DNA from: Treponemataceae bacterium
Lineage (GTDB): Bacteria > Spirochaetota > Spirochaetia > Treponematales > Rectinemataceae
Assembly: GCA_963678065.2 (NCBI GenBank)
Contig: CAXXVZ010000005.1
Location: 512,001 to 576,000 of the forward strand
DNA: 64,000 nt
Direction of reading: 5' to 3'
Shown: positions 51,145 through 61,240 of the stretch, one piece after another
Layout of the letters: the number at the start of each line of letters is the position of its first letter
Numbering within the stretch: position 1 is the first letter of the stretch
Position numbers and translations under genes: made by a program
Notes under the pieces: model-generated
What the model was told of the DNA's origin: nothing
Database searches by the model: none
Seen by the model: the letters and a program-made list of their open reading frames with translations, nothing else

Positions 51145-52052
51145 AGCTCGACCTCCCTCTTGCGGAGCCAGAACAGCACGGGGAAACCGATGGCGATGAT
51201 GAGGAGGGTGAGGAGAAGATTCGCCGCCGTGCCGTAGCCGTACCTGCCGAGACTGAACTCGCTCATCACGTAGGTGTTGACGACCTCGGTCGCGTAGCCG
51301 GGACCCCCGTTCGTGAGGACGAGTATCATGACGAAGACCTTCATGGTTCCGATGAGGGAGAGCACGAGGTTGACCGTCACCGATGGGGAGATGAGGGGAA
51401 ACATGATGTGGCGGAAGGTCTTCCAGTAGCGGGCTCCGTCCAGGGCCGCGGTTTCGTATAACTCCGTGGGTATCATCTGCAGTCCCGCGAGGTAGATGAC
51501 CATGGCGAAGCCCGAAGTGCGCCACACGTCGACCATGATCGTCGAGAAGAGGGCGTATTTCGGATCGTTGAGCCAGTCCACCGCGAGGAATTTCAGGCCG
51601 ACGAGCTTCAGCCCCTCGTTGAGCAGGCCGTGCGAGGGCTGGTAGATGGCCGTGAAGAGGTAGCCGATGATGAGGGGCGAAATGACGTAGGGCAGGAATA
51701 TGAGAGTGCGGAAGAGGTTCTGCATCCGGATCTTCGTGTTGAGCATGAGGGCCAGAAGAAGCCCGATCGCGTTGCGCAGGAAGGTCACGGCGAAGGCGTA
51801 GATCAGGGTGTTGACGAGGGCGGCAACGAGTTTTTTGTCCGCGAAGAGTTCGCGGAAATTCTGCAATCCGATGAACTTGATGCTCGTCGTGTTGATGTTC
51901 CAGTCCGTCAGGCTGTAGTACAGGCCGGTCAGCGTGGGGGTCAGGAAAAGCAGGGCAAAAACCCCGAGGGCGGGAAAGAGGAAATAGTAGGGATAGCCTC
52001 TTCGTGTGGATTGCGGCACGGTGTATTCAGCCTCCATGACGGTCGTTCGCAT
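51141..52052 (-). CDS. Carbohydrate ABC permease (start 52052 or 52037)
   Basis: YSLTDW, FIGLQNF, YLAGLQ.IP.ELYETAALDGA and TNGGPG motifs. Confidence 0.92.
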   Translation of the reverse strand: MRTTVMEAEYTVPQSTRRGYPYYFLFPALGVFALLFLTPTLTGLYYSLTDWNINTTSIKFIGLQNFRELFADKKLVAALVNTLIYAFAVTFLRNAIGLLLALMLNTKIRMQNLFRTLIFLPYVISPLIIGYLFTAIYQPSHGLLNEGLKLVGLKFLAVDWLNDPKYALFSTIMVDVWRTSGFAMVIYLAGLQMIPTELYETAALDGARYWKTFRHIMFPLISPSVTVNLVLSLIGTMKVFVMILVLTNGGPGYATEVVNTYVMSEFSLGRYGYGTAANLLLTLLIIAIGFPVLFWLRKREVEL

Positions 52053-52074
52053 CGTGTTTTTCGAAATGGAAAAG

Positions 52075-52113
52075 AAAGAGGCCGGCGGGCCACGCGGCGC
52101 TGCCGGCCTCTTT
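52075..52113 (-). terminator. Stabilising/terminating hairpin after the sugar-binding protein gene
   Basis: AAAGAGGCCGGC-N15-GCCGGCCTCTTT followed by CTTTT on the minus strand. Confidence 0.7.
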
Positions 52114-52124
52114 CCGCAGATGGA

Positions 52125-53399
52125 TCAGAATCCGGGAAGGGCGCGGGCCTTGCCGGTCTTGCGGAAGTTTTCGTCGAGCATGTCGAGGCCGGCCTGGACC
52201 TTGCCGTCCATGTAGATGGTCTGGATGATCTTCGGGTAGTCGGTGAAGGAGGAGGAGAGCCTGTTCTGGACATTGATCTTGGCTTTTCCGGCCTTCACGT
52301 AGGCGAGAACGTCGGCCTGGGCCGGGTAGAGGGTCGAGGTGGCTTCGGTGAAGACGGGGATGCCGGGCATGACCTTGTAGAGGATGTCCACGTTGGCCTT
52401 CTCGGTCATGAAGCGGACGAGTTCGACGGCTTCCTTGACGTTCTTGGTCAGGCGGGGAACGAGGATCTGGCCGGCGGGAGAGAGCATCGCGATGCCCTTG
52501 TCCTTGTCGGAGGGCAGGGGGAACCAGCCGACATTGTCGACCACGTACTGCTTGCCGAACTTCATTTCGAGGGCGGAGAGGAAGGCCGGGATCTGTGTGA
52601 CCATGGCCACCTTGTTCTGGCCGAAGAGCTCCTGCTGCTCCTCGTAGGTGCCGGCGAGAACGTTTTCCTGGACATAGCCGGCCTTCATGAGGTCGTACTG
52701 GCGCTGGAGGACATCCGCGAGGGCCGGGATGGCGTTCAGCCTGAGCTCGTTCTTCTCGAGCTTGCGCACGCCCGAGTCGCCGATGGCCGGGTCGACGAAG
52801 GTAGTCCAGCCGGAGAGGGAGAATACCTGGAGCGGCCAGCCGGTCTTCACGGCATCGTAGAGAGGAATGTAGCCCGCCGCCTTGGCGGCCTTGAGGATGG
52901 CTACGAAATCCGCCCAGTTGTTCGGCATGGATTTGCCGAGGGCCTTGAAGACGGCCTTGTTGTAGTAAACGCCCATGGATCCGGTCGAGCCCCAGGGAAT
53001 ACCGTAGATCTTGTCGTCGAGGGTCTGGAAATCGACGGTTGAGGGCGCGATCCTCTTGATGATCGGATCGTCGGTCCAGTCGTAGAGGGTCTCGTCGGCC
53101 CTGAACTTGATGTACTGCTTGGTGCCCGCGTCCATCTCGAAGAGGTCGGGATAGTCCTTGGTGGCGAAACGGGTCTGCATGAGGCGGCCGAATTCTTCGC
53201 CGGAGGGGAGGGCCTGGATTTCGACGGTGATTCCCGTCCTGGCCTTGAAGGCCGCGAAAATCTGCTCGTAGGCAGCGGGATTCGTCTCGTTCTTCATGAC
53301 GAATGTCAGGGTTTTCTTCGCCTGCGCGCTCACCGATGCGGGGACGAGAGTCGCGAGGATGGCGAGTGCGAGCAGGGACAACAGGATCTTCTTTTTCAT
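52125..53399 (-). CDS. Carbohydrate ABC substrate-binding protein (family 1)
   Basis: Signal peptide; KIYGIP, GVYYNK.VF and LKAAGYIP-like motifs; GGAGGTG RBS. Confidence 0.9.
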   Translation of the reverse strand: MKKKILLSLLALAILATLVPASVSAQAKKTLTFVMKNETNPAAYEQIFAAFKARTGITVEIQALPSGEEFGRLMQTRFATKDYPDLFEMDAGTKQYIKFRADETLYDWTDDPIIKRIAPSTVDFQTLDDKIYGIPWGSTGSMGVYYNKAVFKALGKSMPNNWADFVAILKAAKAAGYIPLYDAVKTGWPLQVFSLSGWTTFVDPAIGDSGVRKLEKNELRLNAIPALADVLQRQYDLMKAGYVQENVLAGTYEEQQELFGQNKVAMVTQIPAFLSALEMKFGKQYVVDNVGWFPLPSDKDKGIAMLSPAGQILVPRLTKNVKEAVELVRFMTEKANVDILYKVMPGIPVFTEATSTLYPAQADVLAYVKAGKAKINVQNRLSSSFTDYPKIIQTIYMDGKVQAGLDMLDENFRKTGKARALPGF

Positions 53400-53559
53400 C
53401 CAACACCTCCATTGATGGTCGGGATGACCACATTGCGCGCGGACCTCATTCAAAGGCCGCGCTTGATCGCGAAGACATAGAAAACATAAAACATATGATG
53501 TCTTATGCTTTGCAACTGCATGATACAGCCACTCTTGAAATCTGTAAAGAAAAATCTTT

Positions 53560-53589
53560 CGAAAAAAATCGAAAATATACGAAATAAAT
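53560..53589. promoter_or_regulatory. Candidate DeoR-type operator: three CGAAA repeats with a 10-bp period
   Basis: CGAAA at 53560, 53570 and 53580. Similar arrays occur at 61175/61185 and, in reverse, at 62039/62049/62059. Confidence 0.55.
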
Positions 53590-53641
53590 ACGCGCTGCGA
53601 GTGGCCACGAGTGACCGCTTTCCGGGTTCCCGGGCCTCCGG

Positions 53642-53716
53642 CCGTCGGCAGGGCCGGCGGCGGGGCCGACGCAGGGCCAGAGGCGGCACATTCCTCGCCT
53701 CTGGCCCTGCCGACGG
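53642..53716. terminator. GC-rich hairpin downstream of GH78 with a duplicated alternative arm
   Basis: 15-bp perfect stem 53671-53685/53696-53710; alternative 14-bp pairing 53642-53655/53703-53716. No U tract. Confidence 0.5.
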
Positions 53717-53728
53717 TCTTCGTCGGGG

Positions 53729-56512
53729 TCAGTCGACCGAAAGCCCGAAGGAGTACGACCCGGAGGCCACCGAGAGGCAGAGCCTGTCTTTGCGCAGCAC
53801 CGGCCCGGCGAGGAGCCAACGCGGCGCACCGCCGTCTTTGCCGGCGCTCTCCACAGAGCGGGCCGGGAGGAGCTCTCCGGATTCCGAAAGGACGGGATTC
53901 TCCCCGTGAACCGGAATCTCGAGCTCGGCCGTGACGCCCACGGGAAGGTCGACGGCGATGGAAAAGCCCTTCTCACTCCGCTTCCACGACGCACAGACGG
54001 TGCCGCGGATCGTGTCGACCTTCGCCCCCGCGTGATTGAGGTCATCGAAGGCGTAAGGCTTGATCCGCAGGCTCCGCCATCCGGCTTCGAGCGGCACGAT
54101 GCCGCCGAGGCTGCGGTAGAACCAGGCATCGACCGAACCGAACATGATGTGGTTGTGGCTGTTCATGCCCATGCCGCCGAGTTTTTCCCAGCGTTCCCAG
54201 AGTGTTGTCGCGCCCTCGGCGACCATGTAGCCCCAGCCCGGGTAACTCGTCTGCGTGACGATGGCCCAGGCGAGGTCGGCGCGGCCGCCCTCGCGCAGCA
54301 CCTCGAGAAGGTAGCGCGCTCCGACGATGCCCGCGTCGATATGGCCGTCCGCGTTTTTGACCACCGCTTCGACGAGTCGGGCGAAGGCTCTCTCCTTCTG
54401 CCCCGCGGGGACCATGTCGTGGTAGATGGGCAGAGCCTGGGAGGTCTGGCCGACTGTCCTGTCGATCTTGCTCATGGGAACGGTCGCGTAGCGGCCGTCG
54501 GCCAGAAGGAATTCCGCGTTGAAGGCCGCCGCGATCTCCGCGGCTCTTGCGGCATAGACGGCTGCCTCGCCGTGCTTCCCGAGAACCGCGGCGATCCGGG
54601 AGAACACGAGCGTGTCGTTGTACAGGTACCAGGTCGAGGTGAGCTCGATCGGGGTTTTCTTGGGGTAGATGCAGCCGGGCGGGCACCAGTCTCCGTAGCG
54701 GCCGAGCGAGTCGTTGATGTGCCCCGGAGAGTTCGCGTCGAGGAAATCGACGTAGCGCCTCATGCCCTCGTAATGGCGTTCGAGGATCTCGAGGTCGCCG
54801 TACATGGCGTACATGGCCCATGCGAGGGTGACGTAGGCGCTGCCCCAGGCGGGGTCCGTCGGGTAGAGGGGCCAGTAGGGCGGCACGACATCGGAGAGGC
54901 TGCCGTCCGTAAGCTGGGCGAGGCGGATGTCCTCGAGGTATTTCGCGTAGAAACCGGCCATGTCGAAGTTGTTGCAGGCTTCCTCGCTCGCGAGCTGGGC
55001 GTCGCCGAGCCAGCCCATGCGCTCGCCGCGCTGGGGACAGTCGGTGGGTGCGCTCATGAGGTTGGAGAGCTGTCCCCAGAGAATGTTGGAGTGGATTCTG
55101 TTCACGAGTTGGTTCGAGCAGAGGAAGGCGCCTGTCCTCTCGACGTCGGTGTGGATGACGAGGCCTTCGAGGGTATCGACCGTCGGTATTCCGGGAAATC
55201 CCCTCAACTCGGCGTAGCGGAAGCCGTGATAGGTGAAGCGCGGTTCGAAGGTCTCGAGGCCTTCGCCCTTCAGGATGAAGAGGTCCGAGGACTGGGATTC
55301 ACGGTTCGTCCCCAGATTGAGGCTCCCCGATCCGGTCAGAAGTTCGGAGAAACGTATTCTGATCCCTGTGCCGCGCGGTCCCTCGGCTCTGAGTCGGACA
55401 ACGCCGGAAAAATTCTGGCCGAAGTCGAAGATGTGGACGCCGGGTTCGGGGGAAGACAGGGCCCGGGCGGGCATTGTCGCGACGACCCTGATCGGGGGGA
55501 GGACTTGAGCCTCCAGCTTCGGGCCGTCCACTATTTCCGCCGGGCGCCAGGCGGAGTCGTCGAATCCCGGGAGATCCCAGCCGGGCTGTTCGAGTCGGGC
55601 GTCGTAGACCTCGCCCGAGTAGATGCCGTTGTGGACGATGGGGCCGTGGGATGTCTTCCAGGAGCCCTCGCTCACGACGACGCGCCTCGCGCCGTCGTCG
55701 AACTCGAGGAGGAGCTGAAGCATGAGGCGGGGCTTCCCGAAACCGTAGGCGTCGACGTAGCGTCCGTTGCCGAGGATGACGCCGAGGGCGTTCTCTCCGG
55801 TCCTGAGGGAGTCCGTGACATTGTGGACCGAGTAGAGGGCGCGGAGACGGTAGTCGGTCTGGCCGGGGTCGAGGCGGTTCCGCCCGGCCCGGCGGCCGTT
55901 GACGAAGCACTCGTTGTAGCCGAGGCCGCAGACATACATGCAGGCGCGGACAGGCAATCTCTCCAGCGAGAAGCTGGAGCGAAGGTAGATGCCGTGGTAG
56001 AGGCGCGCGGCGACGTGGCGGTTGTTGTTGATGTCGCCCTCGACGAGCAGCACGGTCGTCTCGTCGAATTCCGGCTCCGGCATGGAAATCCACGAGGACT
56101 TCCAGGAATCCGGATCGAGGATGGCTGTCTCGAAGGAGGAGAGGGCCCAGGGGCTCTCGGCGAGATCGACGGCATCGGCGCCGCTCTTCTTTTCGCCGGT
56201 GGCGGCGCACCATATCTTCACCGCCCAGAAAAACCGCGTACACTCCGGCAGACCGGCACCGCCGAAGCGGACGAGGTTGTTCTCTCCCGATTCGACCTTC
56301 CCGGAATCCCAGACTGCGCCGACGCCGGCCAGGGCAGATTCTTTGTCCCGGGAGACGATTATGCGGTAGGCTTTCTGGGTCGATCCCCGGCGCTCGTCGC
56401 GGGGTACCCACGAGAAGCGCGGCTTCGCGGTGTCGACAACCACCACCGCGGAGCTGTCAGCCTCGAGAGGCTCCGGCATGTGTTCACACTTGAGTCCGCT
56501 TATCCGTATCAC
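53729..56512 (-). CDS. Alpha-L-rhamnosidase (GH78)
   Basis: WDSGKV, DFGQNFSG, FTYHGFRY, PTDCPQRGERMGWLGD, GDW, GATTLWERW and SHNH motifs. Confidence 0.92.
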   Translation of the reverse strand: MIRISGLKCEHMPEPLEADSSAVVVVDTAKPRFSWVPRDERRGSTQKAYRIIVSRDKESALAGVGAVWDSGKVESGENNLVRFGGAGLPECTRFFWAVKIWCAATGEKKSGADAVDLAESPWALSSFETAILDPDSWKSSWISMPEPEFDETTVLLVEGDINNNRHVAARLYHGIYLRSSFSLERLPVRACMYVCGLGYNECFVNGRRAGRNRLDPGQTDYRLRALYSVHNVTDSLRTGENALGVILGNGRYVDAYGFGKPRLMLQLLLEFDDGARRVVVSEGSWKTSHGPIVHNGIYSGEVYDARLEQPGWDLPGFDDSAWRPAEIVDGPKLEAQVLPPIRVVATMPARALSSPEPGVHIFDFGQNFSGVVRLRAEGPRGTGIRIRFSELLTGSGSLNLGTNRESQSSDLFILKGEGLETFEPRFTYHGFRYAELRGFPGIPTVDTLEGLVIHTDVERTGAFLCSNQLVNRIHSNILWGQLSNLMSAPTDCPQRGERMGWLGDAQLASEEACNNFDMAGFYAKYLEDIRLAQLTDGSLSDVVPPYWPLYPTDPAWGSAYVTLAWAMYAMYGDLEILERHYEGMRRYVDFLDANSPGHINDSLGRYGDWCPPGCIYPKKTPIELTSTWYLYNDTLVFSRIAAVLGKHGEAAVYAARAAEIAAAFNAEFLLADGRYATVPMSKIDRTVGQTSQALPIYHDMVPAGQKERAFARLVEAVVKNADGHIDAGIVGARYLLEVLREGGRADLAWAIVTQTSYPGWGYMVAEGATTLWERWEKLGGMGMNSHNHIMFGSVDAWFYRSLGGIVPLEAGWRSLRIKPYAFDDLNHAGAKVDTIRGTVCASWKRSEKGFSIAVDLPVGVTAELEIPVHGENPVLSESGELLPARSVESAGKDGGAPRWLLAGPVLRKDRLCLSVASGSYSFGLSVD

Positions 56513-57492
56513 AGTTTTTTCCTCCCCGCGGCGGCCCGCGCCGCGGTTTTTATGTCAGTTATGGACATCCCATATTTGTCGAGAAGGGCCTCGCCCTCAC
56601 CCGATTCGGGAAAGACGTCGCGAAGTCCCATTCTCTCGATGGGTACAGGGTACCATGCGGCGGCGGTTTCCGCGATGGCGCTGCCGAGACCGCCGATTAC
56701 GGTATGGTCCTCGAGTGTAAGAGCGGCGCCCGTCCGAGCGAGCACGGAGGCCACGGTGCCCGTATCCAGGGGCTTTATCGTGTGTACTTCGACGACGCAG
56801 GCGCCGAAGCCTTCGTCTTTCAGTTCGGCGGCGGCGCGCAGCGCCCGCGCAAGAATGGAGCCGCAGGCAAAAATGGCCAGATCATCGCCGTAATTCGCGT
56901 GTATCCGCGCGGCTCCGGGCAGGAATCCCGAGCCCGCGGGCAAGACCCGCGCGTCCTTGCTGCCCGCGACGCGGAGGTAGGCAGGACCGGGCTTCTCGAA
57001 GAGGCTCTCGAAAGCCAGCCCCGCCTGCTCGGGATCGCAGGGGGAAAGGACCCTGAAACCGGGGATGCTCCGGACGATGGAGAGATCCTCGAAGAACTGG
57101 TGGGTGACCCCTTCCCTCTCCCCGGCCGCGATGCCGCCGTTGGCGCCGACAAACTTGACGTCGAGACCAGTGTATCCGACAAAAGTCCTCAATTGCTCGC
57201 AGGCCCTCATGCTGAGAAAGCCCGCATAGGTGGCGACGATCGGTCTGAAGCCGCAGGAGGCGAGGCCGACCGCAAAGGAGACGGCCTGCTGCTCGGCTAT
57301 ACCGACGTCGAAGATGCGGTCGGGGAATCTGGCCGCGAAGCCTGCCATCCTCATCGCCTTGACCGAGTCAGGGCAGACGACGACGATTTTCGGGTCGCGC
57401 TCCGCGAGCCTCAGCGCCGCGGCGGCGACAGCCTCCCGCATGTTGGCGTATTCCGGCCTGTCCGGAGCTGTCGCAAGAAGAGTCGCGTTCAT
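56509..57492 (-). CDS. Split transketolase-family enzyme, C-terminal subunit (pair 1)
   Basis: DVGIAEQ, RACEQLR, EGVTHQFFED, TIKPLD and EDH..IGGLG motifs. Confidence 0.9.
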   Translation of the reverse strand: MNATLLATAPDRPEYANMREAVAAAALRLAERDPKIVVVCPDSVKAMRMAGFAARFPDRIFDVGIAEQQAVSFAVGLASCGFRPIVATYAGFLSMRACEQLRTFVGYTGLDVKFVGANGGIAAGEREGVTHQFFEDLSIVRSIPGFRVLSPCDPEQAGLAFESLFEKPGPAYLRVAGSKDARVLPAGSGFLPGAARIHANYGDDLAIFACGSILARALRAAAELKDEGFGACVVEVHTIKPLDTGTVASVLARTGAALTLEDHTVIGGLGSAIAETAAAWYPVPIERMGLRDVFPESGEGEALLDKYGMSITDIKTAARAAAGRKKL

Positions 57493-58313
57493 CGTGTTCC
57501 TCCCAGGGCTTCCATGGCCGCCGCGTATTCGGCCGCAGTGGGCACCTTCTTGTGCCAGGCGTTCTCGTTCTCCATGAAAGGGACGCCCTTCCCCTTCACC
57601 GTCTTCGCGACGATCATCGAGGGCCTCCCCTCAACGCGGGCCGCCTCGCCGAGGGCGTCGAGGATCTGCGCCATGTCGTGGCCGTCGATCTCGCGGACAT
57701 GCCAGCCGAAGCTCGCGAAGCGCGCTCCGATGTCGCGCATGCCGCTGACCTCCTCGATCCGGCCGTCGCCCTGGAAGCCGTTGTTGTCGACAATCGCGAC
57801 GAGACGGTCAGCCTTGAACCTGACCGCGGAGATTGCGGATTCCCAGACGAGGCCTTCGTTGAGCTCGCCGTCGCCGAGCAGGACATAGACCCGGAAGTCG
57901 GCCCCGAGCATGCGGGAAGCCACGGCCATGCCCGATCCGATACCGATGCCGTGGCCGAGGGAGCCCGCGGTCATGTCGACGCCGGGCGTCTTGTTCATGT
58001 CGGGATGGCCCTGCAGGGGCGAGCCGAGGGTCCTGAGCGTCGCAAGGAGGTCCGGGGAAAAGTACCCTCGCCGCGCGAGCGCCGCGTAGAGCACGGGACA
58101 GGCGTGTCCCTTCGACAGGATGAACCTGTCGCGGTCGGCTTTACGCGGGTCGGCCGGGTCGACGCGCATGACCGAGAAGTACAGCGCGGCGACGATATCG
58201 GCGGCCGAAAGAGAGCCGCCCGCGTGGCCGTCCCCCGATTCCCGGATCATGGTGACGACATCGCGCCGGAGCGTCCGCGCGATCTCTTCAAGCCGGGCTG
58301 TTTCATTGTTCAT
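57489..58313 (-). CDS. Split transketolase-family enzyme, N-terminal ThDP-binding subunit (pair 1)
   Basis: GHAGGSLS, RDRFILSKGH, LQGHP, GDGELNEG..WE and WH motifs; start MNNET. Confidence 0.9.
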   Translation of the reverse strand: MNNETARLEEIARTLRRDVVTMIRESGDGHAGGSLSAADIVAALYFSVMRVDPADPRKADRDRFILSKGHACPVLYAALARRGYFSPDLLATLRTLGSPLQGHPDMNKTPGVDMTAGSLGHGIGIGSGMAVASRMLGADFRVYVLLGDGELNEGLVWESAISAVRFKADRLVAIVDNNGFQGDGRIEEVSGMRDIGARFASFGWHVREIDGHDMAQILDALGEAARVEGRPSMIVAKTVKGKGVPFMENENAWHKKVPTAAEYAAAMEALGGTR

Positions 58314-59112
58314 GGTTCTGCCTTTGCCCCGAGATCGAGGCCTCATGATCGGAACCCTCATTGTCGAGGCCCTCATGATTGAGGAACCTCCAGACATCGT
58401 CGTGTTCGCGGACCATGTCGAGGGCGAGTGAGAGATTGCGCTCGCGCAGTGCCCGCGCCAGCTTCAGGTGCGTCTCAGTGCCGAACCCGGGCCTCATCGT
58501 GGGGGCGAGGAGGTCGATCACGAAGGTGTATACGTTCGCTACGAGGCGGTTGTGGGTCAGCCGTCCGAGTTCGGTGTGGTAGCGCTTGTCGATATCGAAG
58601 AGCGCCCGGGATGCCGGCGGAAGGAGCGCTTCGGGGACCTCGCCGGCTTCGCGCACTCCACCGGCCCCGCCGGCCGCGCACGCTTCGCTCGCGGCCATTT
58701 CCGCGCAAATCTTCTCGATTCCGTCGAAATCCGAGTCCCCCGCGCGGTCGATGATGAGCCTGATGACGCCCTCCTCGACCAGACTCCGGAGCTCCGCGAG
58801 CTCCCCGATCTCGCGCGAGGTGACGAGAAGATTGAACAAGAGCGGATCGAAGAGCATGCCGCCGGACGAAGTCGCCACGTAGGTCCCGTTTCCCCTGCGG
58901 ATCTCGACCACCCCGAAGGCCGAAAGTATCTTCATCGCCTCCCGGATGGAGCCCCTGCTGATCGCCAGAGTCGAAGCGATCTCGTTCTCGCTCGGAAGGA
59001 GATCGCCCGGCTTGAGCTTCCTGTCGATGAGGAGTTGCCTGATCGTCGAGACGACTGTCTCCACGGCCGTGTGGGAGCGATCCCTCGGCGGGAAGACTTC
59101 CAGAACGGGCAT
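58303..59112 (-). CDS. GntR/FadR-family regulator
   Basis: LKPGDLLPSE...ISRGSIREA...G.VEIRRGNGTYV plus an FCD-like C-terminus. Confidence 0.9.
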   Translation of the reverse strand: MPVLEVFPPRDRSHTAVETVVSTIRQLLIDRKLKPGDLLPSENEIASTLAISRGSIREAMKILSAFGVVEIRRGNGTYVATSSGGMLFDPLLFNLLVTSREIGELAELRSLVEEGVIRLIIDRAGDSDFDGIEKICAEMAASEACAAGGAGGVREAGEVPEALLPPASRALFDIDKRYHTELGRLTHNRLVANVYTFVIDLLAPTMRPGFGTETHLKLARALRERNLSLALDMVREHDDVWRFLNHEGLDNEGSDHEASISGQRQNHEQ

Positions 59113-61085
59113 CAGACCCACCGGAGGGGCAGCCAGACGCTCATCTCGCTCTGCCCCCTGTTGTCCCACGCGAAGTAGGGCAGAAATGTCGCAAAGATGT
59201 CCTCCATGGACCACTTCCCGAGTTCTGTGTAGAGCCCCTCTGAGGGCTCGCGCGCTTCGCCGGCGAGGCCGGGGGATGAAAGGCGGCACACAGTCCCGCG
59301 CAGAAGAGTCATGCCCGAGAGCGCCCCGCTTCCTTGCAGTGTCCCGAGGCGAATCGCGGTCGGGATGTAGACCTCATCCAGTTTCGTCCCTTCGGGCAGA
59401 TCCTTCGATTCGAGGCAGTAGACGATGGGGCCTCTCAGGATGGCCGCCTGGTTGCGGGTCTCCTCCACGAGGTGGTGGGCGAGGACGAGTCTCGGGTTCA
59501 TGGGCAGGTCGAGCTCGATGATGTCGCCCTTCTTCCACGCGCGCGTCACCGGAAGGTAGCTGCAGGGCCGGATTTCCTCTTCGCAGGCGCTCCCGTTGAC
59601 CGAGACGCTCGCCCCTCTGGCCCAGGAGGGAATCCTGAGCGAGATCGCGAAGGCGCGACCGGGAACCTCGGCCAGCTCGATATGGATCTTCCCGTCCCAG
59701 GGATAGTCCGTCTTCTGCGACAGCGAAACCCGACTGCCGTCCGCGAGGCTCGTGGAGAGGCTGTTTCCCCCGTAGAGGTTCACGGTCAGCCCCTCCCGGG
59801 TGATGCCGTAGGCCATGGCCCCGGCCCCCGCGATCGTCCTGAGGACATTGGGAGGGCAGCAGAAGCTCGAGAGGTAGCGGCTCCTCGTCCGGGGCCAGCG
59901 GAGCGAGAAGGGAAGCGCCCGCTCCTGACGCAGGGCGTTCTGGTAGAAGAATTTCGTGCCGTCCAGACTGATTCCGGAGAGCACGCTGTTGTAGAGGACG
60001 GTCTCCACCGTGTCCATGAAGCGGGCCTCGCCCGTGATCCTGAACATGCGCCAGTTCCACAGGGCGTTGCCGATGTTGGCGCAGGTCTCGTTGTAGGCTG
60101 TCATGTTGGGCAGCTGATACTCGCGGCCGTAAGCCTGGTGGATGCGCTGGATGGCCCAGTGGTCCTCGTCGCCGTCGGGCGATACCCCATCGTAGAGGGC
60201 GCCCGTGGCCCCCGTGATGTAGGTCTTGGTGTGCGCGACGTTCTTCCATATCGACTCGAGCGGTTCGAGGAGGCTCGGGTCTCCGTTTTCCGCGTAGACA
60301 TCGGCGGCGCCCGAGTACAGATAGTTGGCGCGGACGGCGTGGCCGACGGCCTTCCTCTGGGCGCGGAAGGGTATTCTGTCCTGGTTGTCGTCGGTCCCGT
60401 CCTTTATGATGTCGCGGCTGTCGATGAGGGCGGCCGCGAGCTCCACGTACTTTCGCTCTCCGGTCTGACGGTAGAGGTCGACGAGGCCCATGAGGTGGGA
60501 GGGACAGATGTTGTTCTTGGCCGTCTCGGGATCGGGGTTGCGGAAGCGCTCGATGAGATAGTCGGCGACCCTGCGGGCGACGGCGAGGAGGCTGTCCTTG
60601 CCGGTAGCCTGGGCGTGCCTGCAGGCCGTCGTCATGAGGTGGCCGAAGTTGTAGACCTCGAAGTGGAGGCGGTCGCCGGCATCGCGTTTTCCCACTTCGC
60701 TCCCGTTCTTCTGGGCGATGAGGACAGGGGTGTGGAGGTAGCCGTCACCACGCTGGGCCGCCGCGATGACCGCGATGACCTCGTCCATGAGGCGGTCCAA
60801 CTCCGCGTCCTGAGTCTGCGCGTAGATATCCGCCACCGATTCGAGCCACTTGTAGAGGTCGCCGTCGAAGAAAGGCGGGCCGGAGTGCCTCCCTTCTTCG
60901 AGCCCGGCGGCAATCCTGAAATTCGCGAAAGCGTGGCTCAGGGCGGGATCGTCCAGGATTTTCCACATCGAAGGGATCATCGTCGTGTGGCAGCGCGCGA
61001 TGCGTCCCGCCCAGAAGCCGTTCTCCCATTTCACATCGGCGACCGCGGGTTCGGCGACGCGGGCATAAGGACTTATCTTCACCAT
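59112..61085 (-). CDS. GH127 glycosidase with Gln at the acid/base position (aceric-acid-hydrolase-like)
   Basis: DGDLYKWLE, GHAVRANY, YITGA.G, HQAYGREYQLPNMTAYNETCA, CCPPN and PYFAW.NRG motifs; GAGGAGG RBS; no signal peptide. Confidence 0.88.
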   Translation of the reverse strand: MVKISPYARVAEPAVADVKWENGFWAGRIARCHTTMIPSMWKILDDPALSHAFANFRIAAGLEEGRHSGPPFFDGDLYKWLESVADIYAQTQDAELDRLMDEVIAVIAAAQRGDGYLHTPVLIAQKNGSEVGKRDAGDRLHFEVYNFGHLMTTACRHAQATGKDSLLAVARRVADYLIERFRNPDPETAKNNICPSHLMGLVDLYRQTGERKYVELAAALIDSRDIIKDGTDDNQDRIPFRAQRKAVGHAVRANYLYSGAADVYAENGDPSLLEPLESIWKNVAHTKTYITGATGALYDGVSPDGDEDHWAIQRIHQAYGREYQLPNMTAYNETCANIGNALWNWRMFRITGEARFMDTVETVLYNSVLSGISLDGTKFFYQNALRQERALPFSLRWPRTRSRYLSSFCCPPNVLRTIAGAGAMAYGITREGLTVNLYGGNSLSTSLADGSRVSLSQKTDYPWDGKIHIELAEVPGRAFAISLRIPSWARGASVSVNGSACEEEIRPCSYLPVTRAWKKGDIIELDLPMNPRLVLAHHLVEETRNQAAILRGPIVYCLESKDLPEGTKLDEVYIPTAIRLGTLQGSGALSGMTLLRGTVCRLSSPGLAGEAREPSEGLYTELGKWSMEDIFATFLPYFAWDNRGQSEMSVWLPLRWV

Positions 61086-61240
61086 GAATTCCTCCTCAGG
61101 CACGGAGTCAGGTCAATGTTATACATCATACGTCTAATGTTTATATCGACATCTTTGCCCTGTCAAGGGCGAATCGAAAAAAGTCGAAGGCACGACATTT
61201 TCGAAAACTTCTGCTATACTCAAGGCCAACGGAGATCCAC

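Noticed and set aside
53906..56893. 995-aa plus-strand ORF (likewise 35895-38060, 59334-61418 and 16152-17792)
   Set aside because: These are antisense shadows of well-supported minus-strand genes, expected from GC-rich codon bias.
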